A DNA stretch of 64,000 bases from assembly GCA_973895155.1 (NCBI GenBank), contig OZ316898.1, forward strand, positions 17,846,752 through 17,910,751, given 5' to 3'. Numbering within the stretch: position 1 is the stretch's first letter; every line of letters begins with the position of its first letter. The DNA comes from Marsupella aquatica (Eukaryota > Plantae > Marchantiophyta). Under the pieces are notes generated by a model. That model made no database searches, was not told the origin of the DNA, and saw nothing but the letters and a program-made list of their open reading frames with translations. This document shows, piece after piece, positions 10,628-22,269 of the stretch. A program made the translations under genes and the position numbers.

Positions 10628-12169
10628 CTAACTGAGATTAGCCCCAATGCAGAACGCAGAAGAGTCAATGAATACATGAAACTTCTTAGTCCAATCTGGG
10701 GGTGACAAAATAGGTGCAGAGATTAACCGATCCTTGAGCAACTGGAATGCTTGCTGCCGCTCCTCATTCCATGTATATTCCACATCACTTTTTAACAGTT
10801 GGGTTAAGGGTACAGCAATATTAGCATGTTTATAGATGAACCGACGATAATACCCCACATGTCCCAGAAAGGCACGAAGCTGCTTTAAATCGGTCGGTGG
10901 TTGCAACTCCACAATTACTCTAACCTTCTCCGTATCAACCTCAATGCCACGTTGTGAAATAACATGGCCTAACAAAATTCCCTCCTTCATACCAATAAAG
11001 CACTTTTCTGGATGAAGACACAACTGAGCCTCTCTACACTTCTGAAATGTCTTCTCCAAATGGACGAGGTGTTCAGCCGCTGACCCGTAGACACAAAAGT
11101 TGGCAATAAAAATCTCCATGAAATGCCGCAAATATTCTTGAAAGATGATCATCATAATGCGCTGAAAAGTACCTAGGGCATTACACAGCCCAAATGGCAT
11201 CATGGTAAATGCATACGTACCCCAGTCGGTGGTGAACGTAGTCTTGTCGCGATCCTCCTTCCGAATGGACCCCTGGTTATAACCAGAGTACCCGTCTAAA
11301 AAACTGTATAACTCATGCAATGCCACTGAATCAAGTACCAGATCAATAAATGGCAAAGGATAATGATCTTTTCGAGTGGCAGCATTCAACTTTCGGAAGT
11401 CCTGACAAATGTGAATTTTCGTTTTACCATCGGGTCCCAGCTTTTTGGGGACAATGACAATTGGTGAGACCCATTTGCTACTCAAGACCGGGTAGATAAA
11501 TCCAGCATCCGTGAGCTTGTCCAACTCGTCTTTAACCAAGATGGAATATTTGGGGTTCAAACGGTACTGTCTCTGTCGGATAGGTACTGCTCCGTCCATA
11601 AGGTCAATACGATGTTCGCCCAAATGTGGATGGATACCTTTTAAATCAAAATGACTCCAGGCGAAGACATCTTTATACTAGGTTAATAAACTGATATACT
11701 GTTCCCGTAGCTCTCCTTCGATATGCTTACCAATATTCAAAAACTTTCCTGGCTCAATTTCGATTTTCTAGCAAGCTTTTGGATCCACAATTCCATCCGT
11801 GAGGTTTGCCGGCTGAAGTCCAAGTTCGGATACTTCTGGTGCAACTGGCTCAAGGGTAGCTGACACTCCCATATCAGGGTGTAAATCCCTAGTAGACTCA
11901 GTATTAGGAGTTTCGTCTGCTGCTGGGCCCACTTCCGATGATGAAATTAATTGTCAGGAGGGCCTAGTTGGTTCTATGGGAGCATCGGACAAATAAACTT
12001 CCAAGTAACGAACTTCCTCCAGTTCAAATTCCAATGGTTGCAGGACTAGCGACGAGGTCAAGAAATCCGAGGTGTACCCATAATCTGTTTGTGTTTCTCC
12101 AAAATGTGATTCCGGAACCCAACTAACAGTCACCTTAGGTTCCCAAATGAAAGCTCTTGAGGCTGCCAA
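10628..12169 (-). pseudogene. pol: linker and reverse transcriptase, with stops and a mutated active site
   Basis: DFRKLNAATRKDHYPLPFID, FLDGYSGYNQ, KTTF, MPFGLCNA. The catalytic position reads FIANF instead of FIDDF. Stops at ~11954, ~11768, ~11678 and 10628. Confidence 0.95.
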
Positions 12170-15054
12170 TTAACCTGAACTTGAGCCTTATACAACCATG
12201 GTCGACCTAACAAAACAGGAAAGCTGGATGGTATGTCCAGATTAATAACCACATAATCCAACAGAAAAGGGACACCAGCAATCAAAGTTTCTACTTTGGT
12301 CAGCTTTCCTATGGGTACCACACGAGACTGATCCGCCATGCGCAAAATCTTGGGAGTGGGCTCAAACTTAGTGAAACCCAGATTAAATGCTGCTGACTGT
12401 GTAATCAAATTAACGCTGGCTCCTCCATCCACAGGAACTCTCCGAATGACACACCCCTGGATTTGGACCTCAATTTCCATCGGTCCTTTGTCTTCCCACT
12501 CTGTTCGTAGCACATCCACAGAAGGTAACTTCTTCTTCCTCCGTTTTCCTGCAAGGAGGCTCCTCAGCTGTCGCCTATAAACGGGATTGTCCTGTAATAA
12601 TTCCCCAATGGTGATATGTGTAGGATGATTCTTGACATCTTCAACAATATCATAACCTGGATTTTTCAGTGGTTCTTTAGCTTTGACTACTACTGGTGGG
12701 TTAGGAGGTTGCACTTGCTCCTTAACTAGCTCTGCCAGATGGTCCTTCACTTCCAAAGAGATGTCGGGCAAGAAGTATTTTGGGTCATATCGGTCATAAG
12801 CAGGGTCGTCTTCTTTGTCTAGGCCTTCCTCACATGGCTTGCGCCCATCATCCTTGGGAGCTTTCGCAACCTTCTGATGCTCATGCTTCTTGGTCTCCTT
12901 TTTCTTCGAATGAGTAGTTGCGTAAATATTAGTCAGAACTTTATCCCGATTCTGAACTCGATTATTTGGCATACCAACTACTTCAGGTTTCACTAAATGA
13001 CTTACCAAGACATCAGGCACCACCCCTAATACTGGTTGATGAAAAAGTGAATCTGACTTTAATTCCACCCGATTTACATCCATATGTTGAATGAAGTTGC
13101 ATTGCTCCATCTCTTCAGAATAAACCATCCGAATCTTGGCTTCAGGTCGACTTGCTTCTTTAACTGGTTCTTGAGCAAATCGAACCATCAGCCTAGGCTT
13201 AGCCGGATTTGGGCATTCCACCGGTAAGTGTCCTTCTTTTCCACAGTTGCCACAGACAGGTGTATACCCCACCTCCTGTTTGGGATAAGGGCACTGGGGT
13301 GAATAATGATCAGGTTGGCCACAATTCCAACAAGCCCCTTTTTGATGCGGCATTCCTCGTGGTGGATATCCTCCCGGAGGTCCCATGGGTGGTCTTAACG
13401 TTGGTTTATTGAAAGTGGGCTTAGGTGGTTCCCAAGTCGGCCTAGAAGCAGGAGGTCGTGGGAAATACTGTCCAGGGGGTGCTGTTTGGATGGTATACGC
13501 GGGATCGTACTCATACTCAGCTTCTTCTTGACCATCTACATAATTCACCGGAATTCGTAATGTGGGGCACTCGTTCGGGTAATGGCCCTGCTGACTGCAT
13601 CGGGAGCACCATACGTTCATTCGCATGGGAGCCGGCAACCTTCGCACTGGTTTTACCTCGGTGATATTGACATTCAACTTGGACAATTGACCAGAGAGTT
13701 CTTCCATCATGCAATCCATCTTCTTCTGGTTGGGAACTTTATTATTCCCTTTTACAGAGGATTTCTTCTTTTTAGGAGCGACGGATTTTGAGTTGGAACT
13801 TGAGCTTGAACTATCACTAGTGCTCAAATTTGTACTCTCGTCCTCCTCACTAGTGCTACTTTCACTTGATTCCATTTCCGAGTCAGATTTAGACCTGGAC
13901 GTTTTCTTCTTCTTTCTTTTGTCTTTCTTCAGGTCCTTCTTAACTCATTTTCTCTCTGAAATCTCCGAGTCCACGTACTTCTGAGCTGCCTCTTGTACTT
14001 CTTCCAAAGTGGTGCCACCTTCTCGTCTCACGTAACGAGCAATCCTGGAGGGTAAACCGTTAATAAACCAGTCTTTTATAGTAGATTTCGAGGTAGTTGG
14101 ATTATATTGATCTACTAAATCCAATAATTTGTCGGCATATTTCCTCATAGAACCATGTTTCTTCATGTGCAGATGTGAGATTCGGGCAAAGGCACGCGCA
14201 GCTGCTCCTTCTTCTTTATATTTGGCCAAGAAAGTAGCCTTCAATTTCCCCCAATCCTGCTTGTCCGGGAAACGGTCATACCATTTATGAGCACCCTTTT
14301 TCATTAGACCACCAAACAGATTGGCTTTTTCAGCGTCTTGACTCTGTCCATTGGATGCAACTGCAGCTTCAAATTCTTTCAAATACACTTCTGCATCCTC
14401 CTTGGAAGTACCGAAGAACTAGTCGTACCTCACATTATTTCGAGCCATCGTGGTTGGAGCTAGAAGGGTAACGAAAGGAAGAGTTGATCGGGTAGCAAAA
14501 GGTAAGCTGAGCGGTGTAGCAAATGGGTTTGGGCTGCCCAAGCCTGAACTGCCGGATTGGCCGCTGCTACTAGAACTGCTGCTTGTCTCACTAGAGGACG
14601 AACCACCGGCTTCGCTCAATGGCTCTGGATTAACCAATTGTAAAAGATCGACAAAATTATCTTGGGCCAACGGTTCTGCAACTGTGTTCTCGGGCAAACC
14701 CAAATTTCTTCCTTCAGTATGAGATAAGGCCCTCTCAGTGGCACTATCCACACCAGAATCAATTTGGTTCACTGAACGTACTGTCTGGTGGCGGAGCTTG
14801 ATCTTTTGAGAACCAATAAGTTTTGGACCTGAACGGAGATTTACAAACAGGGGTCGGGTCGATGTGGGCCTTTCCACAGAGCCACTTGCCTCTTGGATAG
14901 ATCTCACTTGTTTCCACACACTACCCGGTCCAGGTGCTCCAGGTGACTGGAATTCGGGTAATATTGTTCGAGGGGTCACTACCGATGTTGCGGCATCCAA
15001 ATTACTGGAGGTCTTGGTAGATTTTCTTTTATTCGGTGGATCTCCCTCAGACAT
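12130..15054 (-). pseudogene. gag plus aspartic protease
   Basis: Gag core (AHKWY...DWGKLKATFLAKY...WFINGLP), three CX2CX4HX4C knuckles, protease VDGGASVNL...LLGRPWL. Stops at 14419 and 13945; frameshift near 12140. Confidence 0.92.
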
Positions 15055-16115
15055 CCCTCATTCTCCAAGCACAGGTGATTTGAGACACCAGACCCGCTCC
15101 TCAAGAGTCTTATGTAAGGAGTCCTCATTTAGGTGCAACGTTATCACCCCACTCCGGGAGATATGAACCCGCCTCCTCCAAGTGACTTTCCGTAGCGTCG
15201 TTCAACATCCCTTGCATGGTCCTCCCCCTTGCTATCCCATTCCCATAGCTAATACTTCCCTTCTGTGACCAGCCGAGATTCTAAAACCTCGTTTTCCCTG
15301 GTGCGTCCCTCAGGTTGAGACGCGGAGAGGCACACCAGAAGCGTCGCGCACTTTGGTTCGTCACCGATTCCGCCGGACGCTGCTCACAGCGTCCACTGGG
15401 ATCGGACGCTACTAGAAGCGTCCTGCCTTGCGGAGTCTTCTGGGGCGGATCGCATTGGACGCTCTTCGCAGCGTCCTTCCTTATCTCATCCTTACGGTGG
15501 CGATTACTGGAACCGGGCGTTCCCCATAATCTCCGACTTCCTACACCCTGAAATTTCTTTACCACATGGTACGCTGCACTAGGCCAATCAGGCGTCTATC
15601 TCCTTCCTAATCTTCTACGCAATTCCTGGTGCATGATTCCTTCCGCTAACTCCCGAATGGAAATGACTAAATATCTCTCCTGTGTGATCCTACCATTCAG
15701 CCTTAATATTACTAAATGCAAACTTTCATCTTCCCACCAGGTGATAGTTAACCAATGTATGCCATTCCTCCCTCTCAGGCTCAAAACCCAAGAATTAACA
15801 TATCGGTTTCTCAAATTCCTAATTCTTAATGTTCCCAAAGATCGGATAGGTGGCATCGGTCACGCGAACCAGGATGGTTGGACAATTTTACAAATCATAC
15901 GTCCCGAGCAAAGTTATGATGACTTCACTTGTCACTCAAAGTGTCTTCGGTGTCTTCGACTGTCTCCAAAGCAACTTGACGAGCAACAGCTCCTCTCTGT
16001 GAGGCCTTTTCTGGTGGAAGAGGGGTTTCTTCTCTTAAGTTTGGCACCACAAATTTTTCCAATACTCTTAAGAGAGCTTCCGGGGCGCTTTGGATAGAGT
16101 ACGGCATCACCTCGA

Positions 16116-17393
16116 AGTGCTAAGTATCAAAAGTGCTAAGTATCAAAAGTGACTCTTCTCACCTAAAACCAGGGTTTCGATCCCTTAAAGAACAGATTTC
16201 AGAATGAATTGTATAACTTTTATCTCTCGGATTGATTTAGAGCCCTAAACTCTATGCTGAATTCACTTTTCAACGAAAAAATCAAATAAACAAACCACCA
16301 AGTAACTGACTTCAGATTTATGAATCAAAGAAGAAATGAGTAAGAATTTAGAGACTACAAGCTGCTACTGCCACTCCTTCAGAAAGGATTTGGGCTCAGT
16401 ATAGACATGAAATCTGTCTCATAATTCATCAATCTCACATTTCAAAACACCAAGTTAATGATAATGGAATTCTCACTCTGATAAACTAGAAGCTTTCTGG
16501 TTGCAAATGAATGATATGATTTAAAATGCCGTCAACATGGTTTGACGTCAGCGATGCGCAATTCAGTCAAACTCTAAACCATATTCAAGAATCAAAACAA
16601 CGGTACTAACTATTCTGAGAATCAGAATTTACTTCTCATTTATCAACAACTAATTTTGAATTGGCTAGCAAATCTTGACTTCACAAGTAAGCCTAGCAGT
16701 GAATTCAATTGGAGTATCAGAAGTCTGCAACTGAATTCAATCACCACAGGAATTTCTTGAATTCAATCTCAACTTCAATCAATACAGCTTTACTTCCATA
16801 CAAAACACTCACAGCATGCCTTGTTACAATGGAAGGAGGAGAAAACTATTCAGAAGACTTAATTCTGAATAGAGTATTAAGTCTATTTCTCTCTCCGAAA
16901 ATGAGCACTCTACTCTGTCTTATAAGTGCTGGAATCCAAAAATGGAGGAGGCAAGAACAGTCGTGCCTTTCCAAGTTTAAAACTAAACAAGGGAGAAATA
17001 CAGCATAAGTACTGCCAGGGTGGCAAAATACTACTCTACTAGTAATCTACTTCAAAAAACTAAGTCTAAGTGTCGAGTGGACGCTGCTAGAAGCGTCTTA
17101 AGAAAACCAACGGACGCTGCTCATAGCGTCAATACTAGGGTGGACGTTGCTCACAGTGTCGTGTGTTGAAGCGGACGCTTTGCACCGTGTCGGTCGAAAT
17201 TCTCATAGAGTCTTGGTGGCGGTGGGGCAAAGTACACTAGGAATCGTCAGGAAAGCCGGAGATGTCAAATATTTCAATAAGTGTCCAGAATAAGTAAATG
17301 TTGGCCAGGAGGCGTCTAAAGTGTAAGTAAATCTTGAGATATGCCAAAAATAAACAAGTTTCCAGAAAAAATTGTAGGGACACCCATACCACA
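16116..17393 (-). repeat. 5' LTR of the Gypsy element (inner end damaged)
   Basis: Matches 4340-5574, with a ~30-bp insertion near 17125-17155. Lacks the inner tgtcgtat terminus. Confidence 0.93.
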
Positions 17394-19029
17394 ACAATGA
17401 CACATTTGTCTGCATGGTGTTCGCTTGAATGGCTGAAAGCGGTGCACGAGGTTGCTGACGAGCAAGAGTGATCTGATTAATGGCATTATGAAATTGACGA
17501 TCTTCAATCTGCAAAACCCCATGATTGTACACACCAAGAATTTCAGCAAGTGATTGTAGGATGTCCCAAAATAAAAAAAGGTGTGGCATTGGTGGCAGTG
17601 GCAGCGGCAGCACACACCTCTGCTTGACTGCAATATCGATTCTCTTGTTGTGTAGTTTGCTGCAATGTCTGAGACCTTGGTCCTTTCGATCGTCTTCCAT
17701 TCCATATCTGCTATGAAACTCATGCTCACCTTCTGACTCTTCATCCTCTTCCTCAAATTGAAGCTGCCACTAGTTTGGTTCCTCCGTAGCATGTGAACGA
17801 ATGCTGTCATTATCACCTTGGTCATCACAAGCTGCCTCATCATCGACTACCTGTTTCGATCTAGCAATCTTTCCAAACCTGCATACACGAATACATCGAT
17901 TTGCAAACGTCTTGTATCTGGACATGGCTCGACCATTCATCACAGCTAGAGAATCTAGGCACCGATCAAACTCTTCAAAGCTATTGAAGTGCTCTCCCAA
18001 CTTGATTCGAGCAGCCTCTGCTGCCACTGTAACAGAGGAAGACATGTCATCACGTTAATATGTATACAATGACATCAATGTTCATGTGCGGAAGCTACAT
18101 GCATGCCTGGATGGGAACTCAAACGGTGTCATACTTTCAAATCACATTGGACTGACACACATTGTATGAAAATAAGAAACGTCCAAACAATCTGATGGCA
18201 CCTTCTTCAGCAGTTCTGCCATCCAATATCCTCGGGGGGTTCTCAACATTCTTTTGAGCCCTCTGACGTTCTTGTGTGTCTTGCGTTCGTGCCCTCTCAT
18301 GATAGGGGACATTGACTTCCCAAACATCACCTCTGGTCCACAAATGCATTGAGTCATTGTCCTCCATGCCTGACACTGTCCCTCTAAGCACACTGTACAC
18401 ATTAGGGGAGTGGAAACACTCACGACCCTGCCGTGCGAGCTCACGCGCAAAGCATGTGCACAAAAAAAGTGTCGTGTGAAATGACAGGAACGTGCAAAAG
18501 TTCTGTAACATGTCAGTGATTTGGCTGGTCATCCTCTGAAAACATTATCCACCCTGTATTCTATTCAAGATATAAGCATGTTTAGCTTTTCCGCGCCTAA
18601 GCCAACGGTTACTCCAAACCCTAATTTGTTTAACTATATATAATCTAATACATTTTTTTATACATGGCTGTAAATGTCTACACCGCTTTGTATATGTTGT
18701 GGTTGCACTATGCTTGGTTCATCCAACATTGTGGTCATTGTATACAGTTATGTCAATGTATACATGATCTAACTATGAGGCTCTATTTCATCGTGCGACT
18801 GCACAACATAAGGTTTGTTTGACATCACGGTTCATGTTTGTACGCATTGTTGTCAATGTCTACATTGCGGGATACATTGATTCACTCAGAACTGCGATCG
18901 TAGTCGACCGCATTCGGCGACGCGGTCGGACACTGAAGAACAGTAGAACATGCTGCATTTTACAGTGACAATCTTGCGTTATAAGAACTGCACAATGTGT
19001 TAGAAGAACATATCACACGAAATAGTACC

Positions 19030-19124
19030 TCTGGTGGGCCCGGAGGTCCACTAGGAGAGCGTGGGAAACTTTTGGTCCATTAAGAGAAAAAGTTGCATTT
19101 GGAGGTCCACTAAGTATATCTCTC
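19030..19124. mobile_element. Putative terminal inverted repeat (transposase-upstream end) of the MULE
   Basis: Reverse complement starts GAGAGATATACTTAGTGGACCTCCAAATGCAA, closely matching the ends of the TSD-flanked MITEs at 36663-36841 and 51319-51485. The partner end is not in the window. Confidence 0.6.
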
Positions 19125-22100
19125 TGGAAATCTATGAAAGCAAACATTCAGTCCAAACATTTGAATTTTATATCTATTGGTCTCAACTCATGTGAGCAAC
19201 CACACACCAATGTCTCTCTACACTTGGGAAATTTAATATCAACATGACAATTTTAATTGAGGCCACATTCTCCTGAAAGTGTTTTTCTCTTGACATAGAT
19301 TGGGTACATGTTTACAAACCTGCACCAAAACTAGCTTCCAGATTATTTGGGGGCATGCGCAATCCCATCATCATTTCCACATGAGTGTATATGTTTGTGT
19401 CGGTAAACAAAGAAGATGTGCATTTGACTCTATACCAGCCAAAATGGTTAGATCTGGGAACCATAAAAAATTTCAAATTTTCAAAAGTAAAACATCAAAT
19501 ACTAGGAATAATAAGTTCGATAGTCCAAAATGAAACTGCTATATGGTGAATCCATCTTCCAGTATTCTGTCTTATTCAAATTTCTTTTCGTGTGTATTTT
19601 AATTTAATGTGTCTTACCAAGGTGCATCCCTTGTATACTTTAGATTTTGAATTTAATCTGGCACCCCTCTAAATTTTTCAATCTTTGCTATACTTTTGAT
19701 CATACACCCTTTAACAAAGCTCACGGAAGTTCTAGCCCTTAGTGAAGAAGAAAAGATCTAATTAAAGTGCACTCTTCATGTCTTTAAGTTCTATTCATGG
19801 TTTTGTGTCCTAAATTTATGGTTTTAATTCATTTGAGTGTCATTACCTAAAATAAGTACATAAATATCTTTACTAGTGTATAGTATATACATAACCCAAT
19901 ACCATAGACTTAAATTTTTCCTGTTCATTATTACTTTTCTTTACATGTGTACTTTTATTTTTGTACCTTATGTGCACAACTTTTCAATGTCACCCTTCCT
20001 AATCAATGTCCTATTTATATTTTCCACAAAATTAGTTCGTGGACCCCTTGGCTAATAAAATCAGGAGGAAGAGTCGATCTGAGCCGTCTCCATTTCTTAT
20101 CTCCGGAAATCTTGTCCATCCATCATAATGGCCAATCTATGGCTCAAAAGAAAGATCTCAAATAGATCTATGGATGGGTTCTGTCCGTTTTGCAAATGGG
20201 TTAAAAAAATTCAAATGAAACATTAAACAAATCCAAGTCTTCCTAGCCGTCAATTTTGTTGATTTAACTATCTTTGCCGTCCATTTTGTAATGCCTCTAC
20301 AAATCTTATTCATCCATGTTAGAAGGCGATCTAGGGTGCAAAAGAAAGATCTCAATGAGATCTACGACTGAGTATTTTTGTTTTGAGAATGAGTAAATAG
20401 TTTTGAGTATAAAATTTGATGAACTTTCAAGATTCCAGCCATTCCTCCTCCCCGATCCTGGGTTTCAATGTGCTCTTCCCAGGATTAATGGCCGTACAAT
20501 ACGAGAGGTCCTTACATACCGGGAGTTGCGGTTTAACAAGGAAGTTATCAAGTTAGTTATTATTCATTATTTATTATATGATAAATACTTTTTATAAATC
20601 TTTGAATTTAAGTTTTAAAATTGGAAATGTAACTAAAACGGTTACATAGTGACAGTTTTAATAGTCTTGCTCTTTGCATTCCCAATGTTTTTACTTTTCT
20701 TTTTACGGCACGACGTCCCAAAATTTACACCCAAATTGACACAAACATGAATAAAAACTATAAATTTGATTCACAAAACCGACGAGTCTTGTTTGTTGCG
20801 GTTGTTGTTGACATGGCATGCTGTGGTGCCAAGAATTTTGGAAGGGACCTCTAGTGGGGTCCGTAAAAATTAGATCACCTGTATTTCACTAAAAAACTTA
20901 AACTTTTTGCTAGAGGACAAAATTACTTTTCACCTTCCAGGATGAGTACGCTATATGGAGAATGGCGCATGAAGATCACAAGAAAAGGGGCATCTCATCC
21001 TCATTCTTTTATCTAAAGATGGGATGATTGATGATTAACTCTGAAATGTGCACTTTAAACTGACAATACATTAAAACAGTCAGTTATTCTTTGAGAGTTT
21101 CATATTGTTATTATTTTCTATGCTAATGCTAATGAGGTGCATAAGCACACTGAGTTCTTTAGCCATAATGTTTTTTCCCAAGTTCATTTGAGCTGAATTG
21201 TTTTATGCTATTGTCAACCAACAATAAGCATCTTCCAACCAACAATTCTTTTTGTGGACCATCTTTCGAATAGCTCATATAATTCTGTATTAACAACATG
21301 GACAGGACAAAAAAACTTGGTCTGTTTAACTTTGTGTCCTATGCAACTTTTGCCACTCCCCTTCACTTGGGAATTTTCCCTCTCTTTGCACTCTCCTCCC
21401 CATCCTTGCAAGTTTTGATTCTCCTCCGTGCTTATAACTCATGCATTGATTTCTCTTTCCATAATCATTCAACACTTTCACTTTGTACCCATATATTTTG
21501 CATTGTCAACACTTTCCTTCCCTCAAAGTCATTTAGGTTGGATATTAATTATGCTCAACAACACTTTTGCCTAACATCATGACCATGTCGATAACAATTT
21601 TGCACAGATGTCATGCTCACAATAACAACACATCTTTTGCAACTACAATTGTGCAATGCATGGACATTTCAAACTACTTTGATACAGAGATTGTGTCTCT
21701 TCGCTTTATTAGTTTACTAGAGAGTGTAGAAGTTCCACTTTCAAGTAGGATACTTTGAATGAGAACCTTTCATTGCTCTAGACTTGGTCAACATTCAATA
21801 CAACTGTTGTTGCATGCATTGACGTTGAATTAGATGAGAATTTAAGTAAAGAACCACTTCAAGAACAAATGAAAGAACTTTGTCAACTCATAAATTGATG
21901 TAAGTCCACAAACTTTTAAAGTGTCGTTGTCACATGTAGATGGTGATTTGGAACAAGGGGAATTTGGGTGTTAAAAGGGCACAAATAAGAGCACGGAAAT
22001 GGATTTGCAGTAGAGAAAAGACCAGCCTGCATCAGGGTGTGTGTCTGGTGGCAGCCACTTATCATTGAGCACTGGTATGGCAAATGGGAGCCAATTCTTT

Positions 22101-22269
22101 TCACCAGGTGGAATCATGAGTTGAAAGTAAAATGAAAGGATTGTGTGAGACTGCAAAATATTTGTAGGATATGTTGAAGTTAGAAATAAATTGCAATATA
22201 GGGTCATAAACAGCTTTGGCTCCTTCAGATCAAGTCCTTGGATAAACCTCAAACCACACCTGCCACTAT

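Larger units (their letters stand above)
4332..17393 (-). mobile_element. Ty3/Gypsy LTR retrotransposon (non-chromoviral type), degenerate
   Basis: TSD ACAAT at 4327-4331 and 17394-17398, outer termini TG...CA, two ~1.25-kb LTRs, gag-PR-RT-RH-INT order on the minus strand, no chromodomain after integrase. Confidence 0.96.
1624..18045 (-). pseudogene. Mutator-like (MuDR/MURA-type) transposase, intron-containing, interrupted by the Gypsy insertion and in-frame stops
   Basis: MuDR-like N-terminus 18045-17770 (IKLGEHFNSFEEFDRCL). The frame joins across the insertion (TNVSL|STQQSV). MULE domain VSLDACH...LFLATCLDGNS...APVENTENWLWFL...MSDRQKGL (4354-3365), then CANHL, TSNPAEQAN, SWIM finger CTCMELQEMVWPCQH and zinc knuckle CSRCGKVGHNKRSC. 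GT-AG introns separate the blocks. Stops at 17770 and 3365. Confidence 0.9.

Noticed and set aside
19560-20940. Possible non-autonomous DNA transposon (repeated aaagaaagatctcaa...agatcta motifs)
   Set aside because: Could not pair termini or find a TSD.
21200-22260. Possible decayed transposase sequence, also at 26900-27400
   Set aside because: No diagnostic motif recognisable in any frame.
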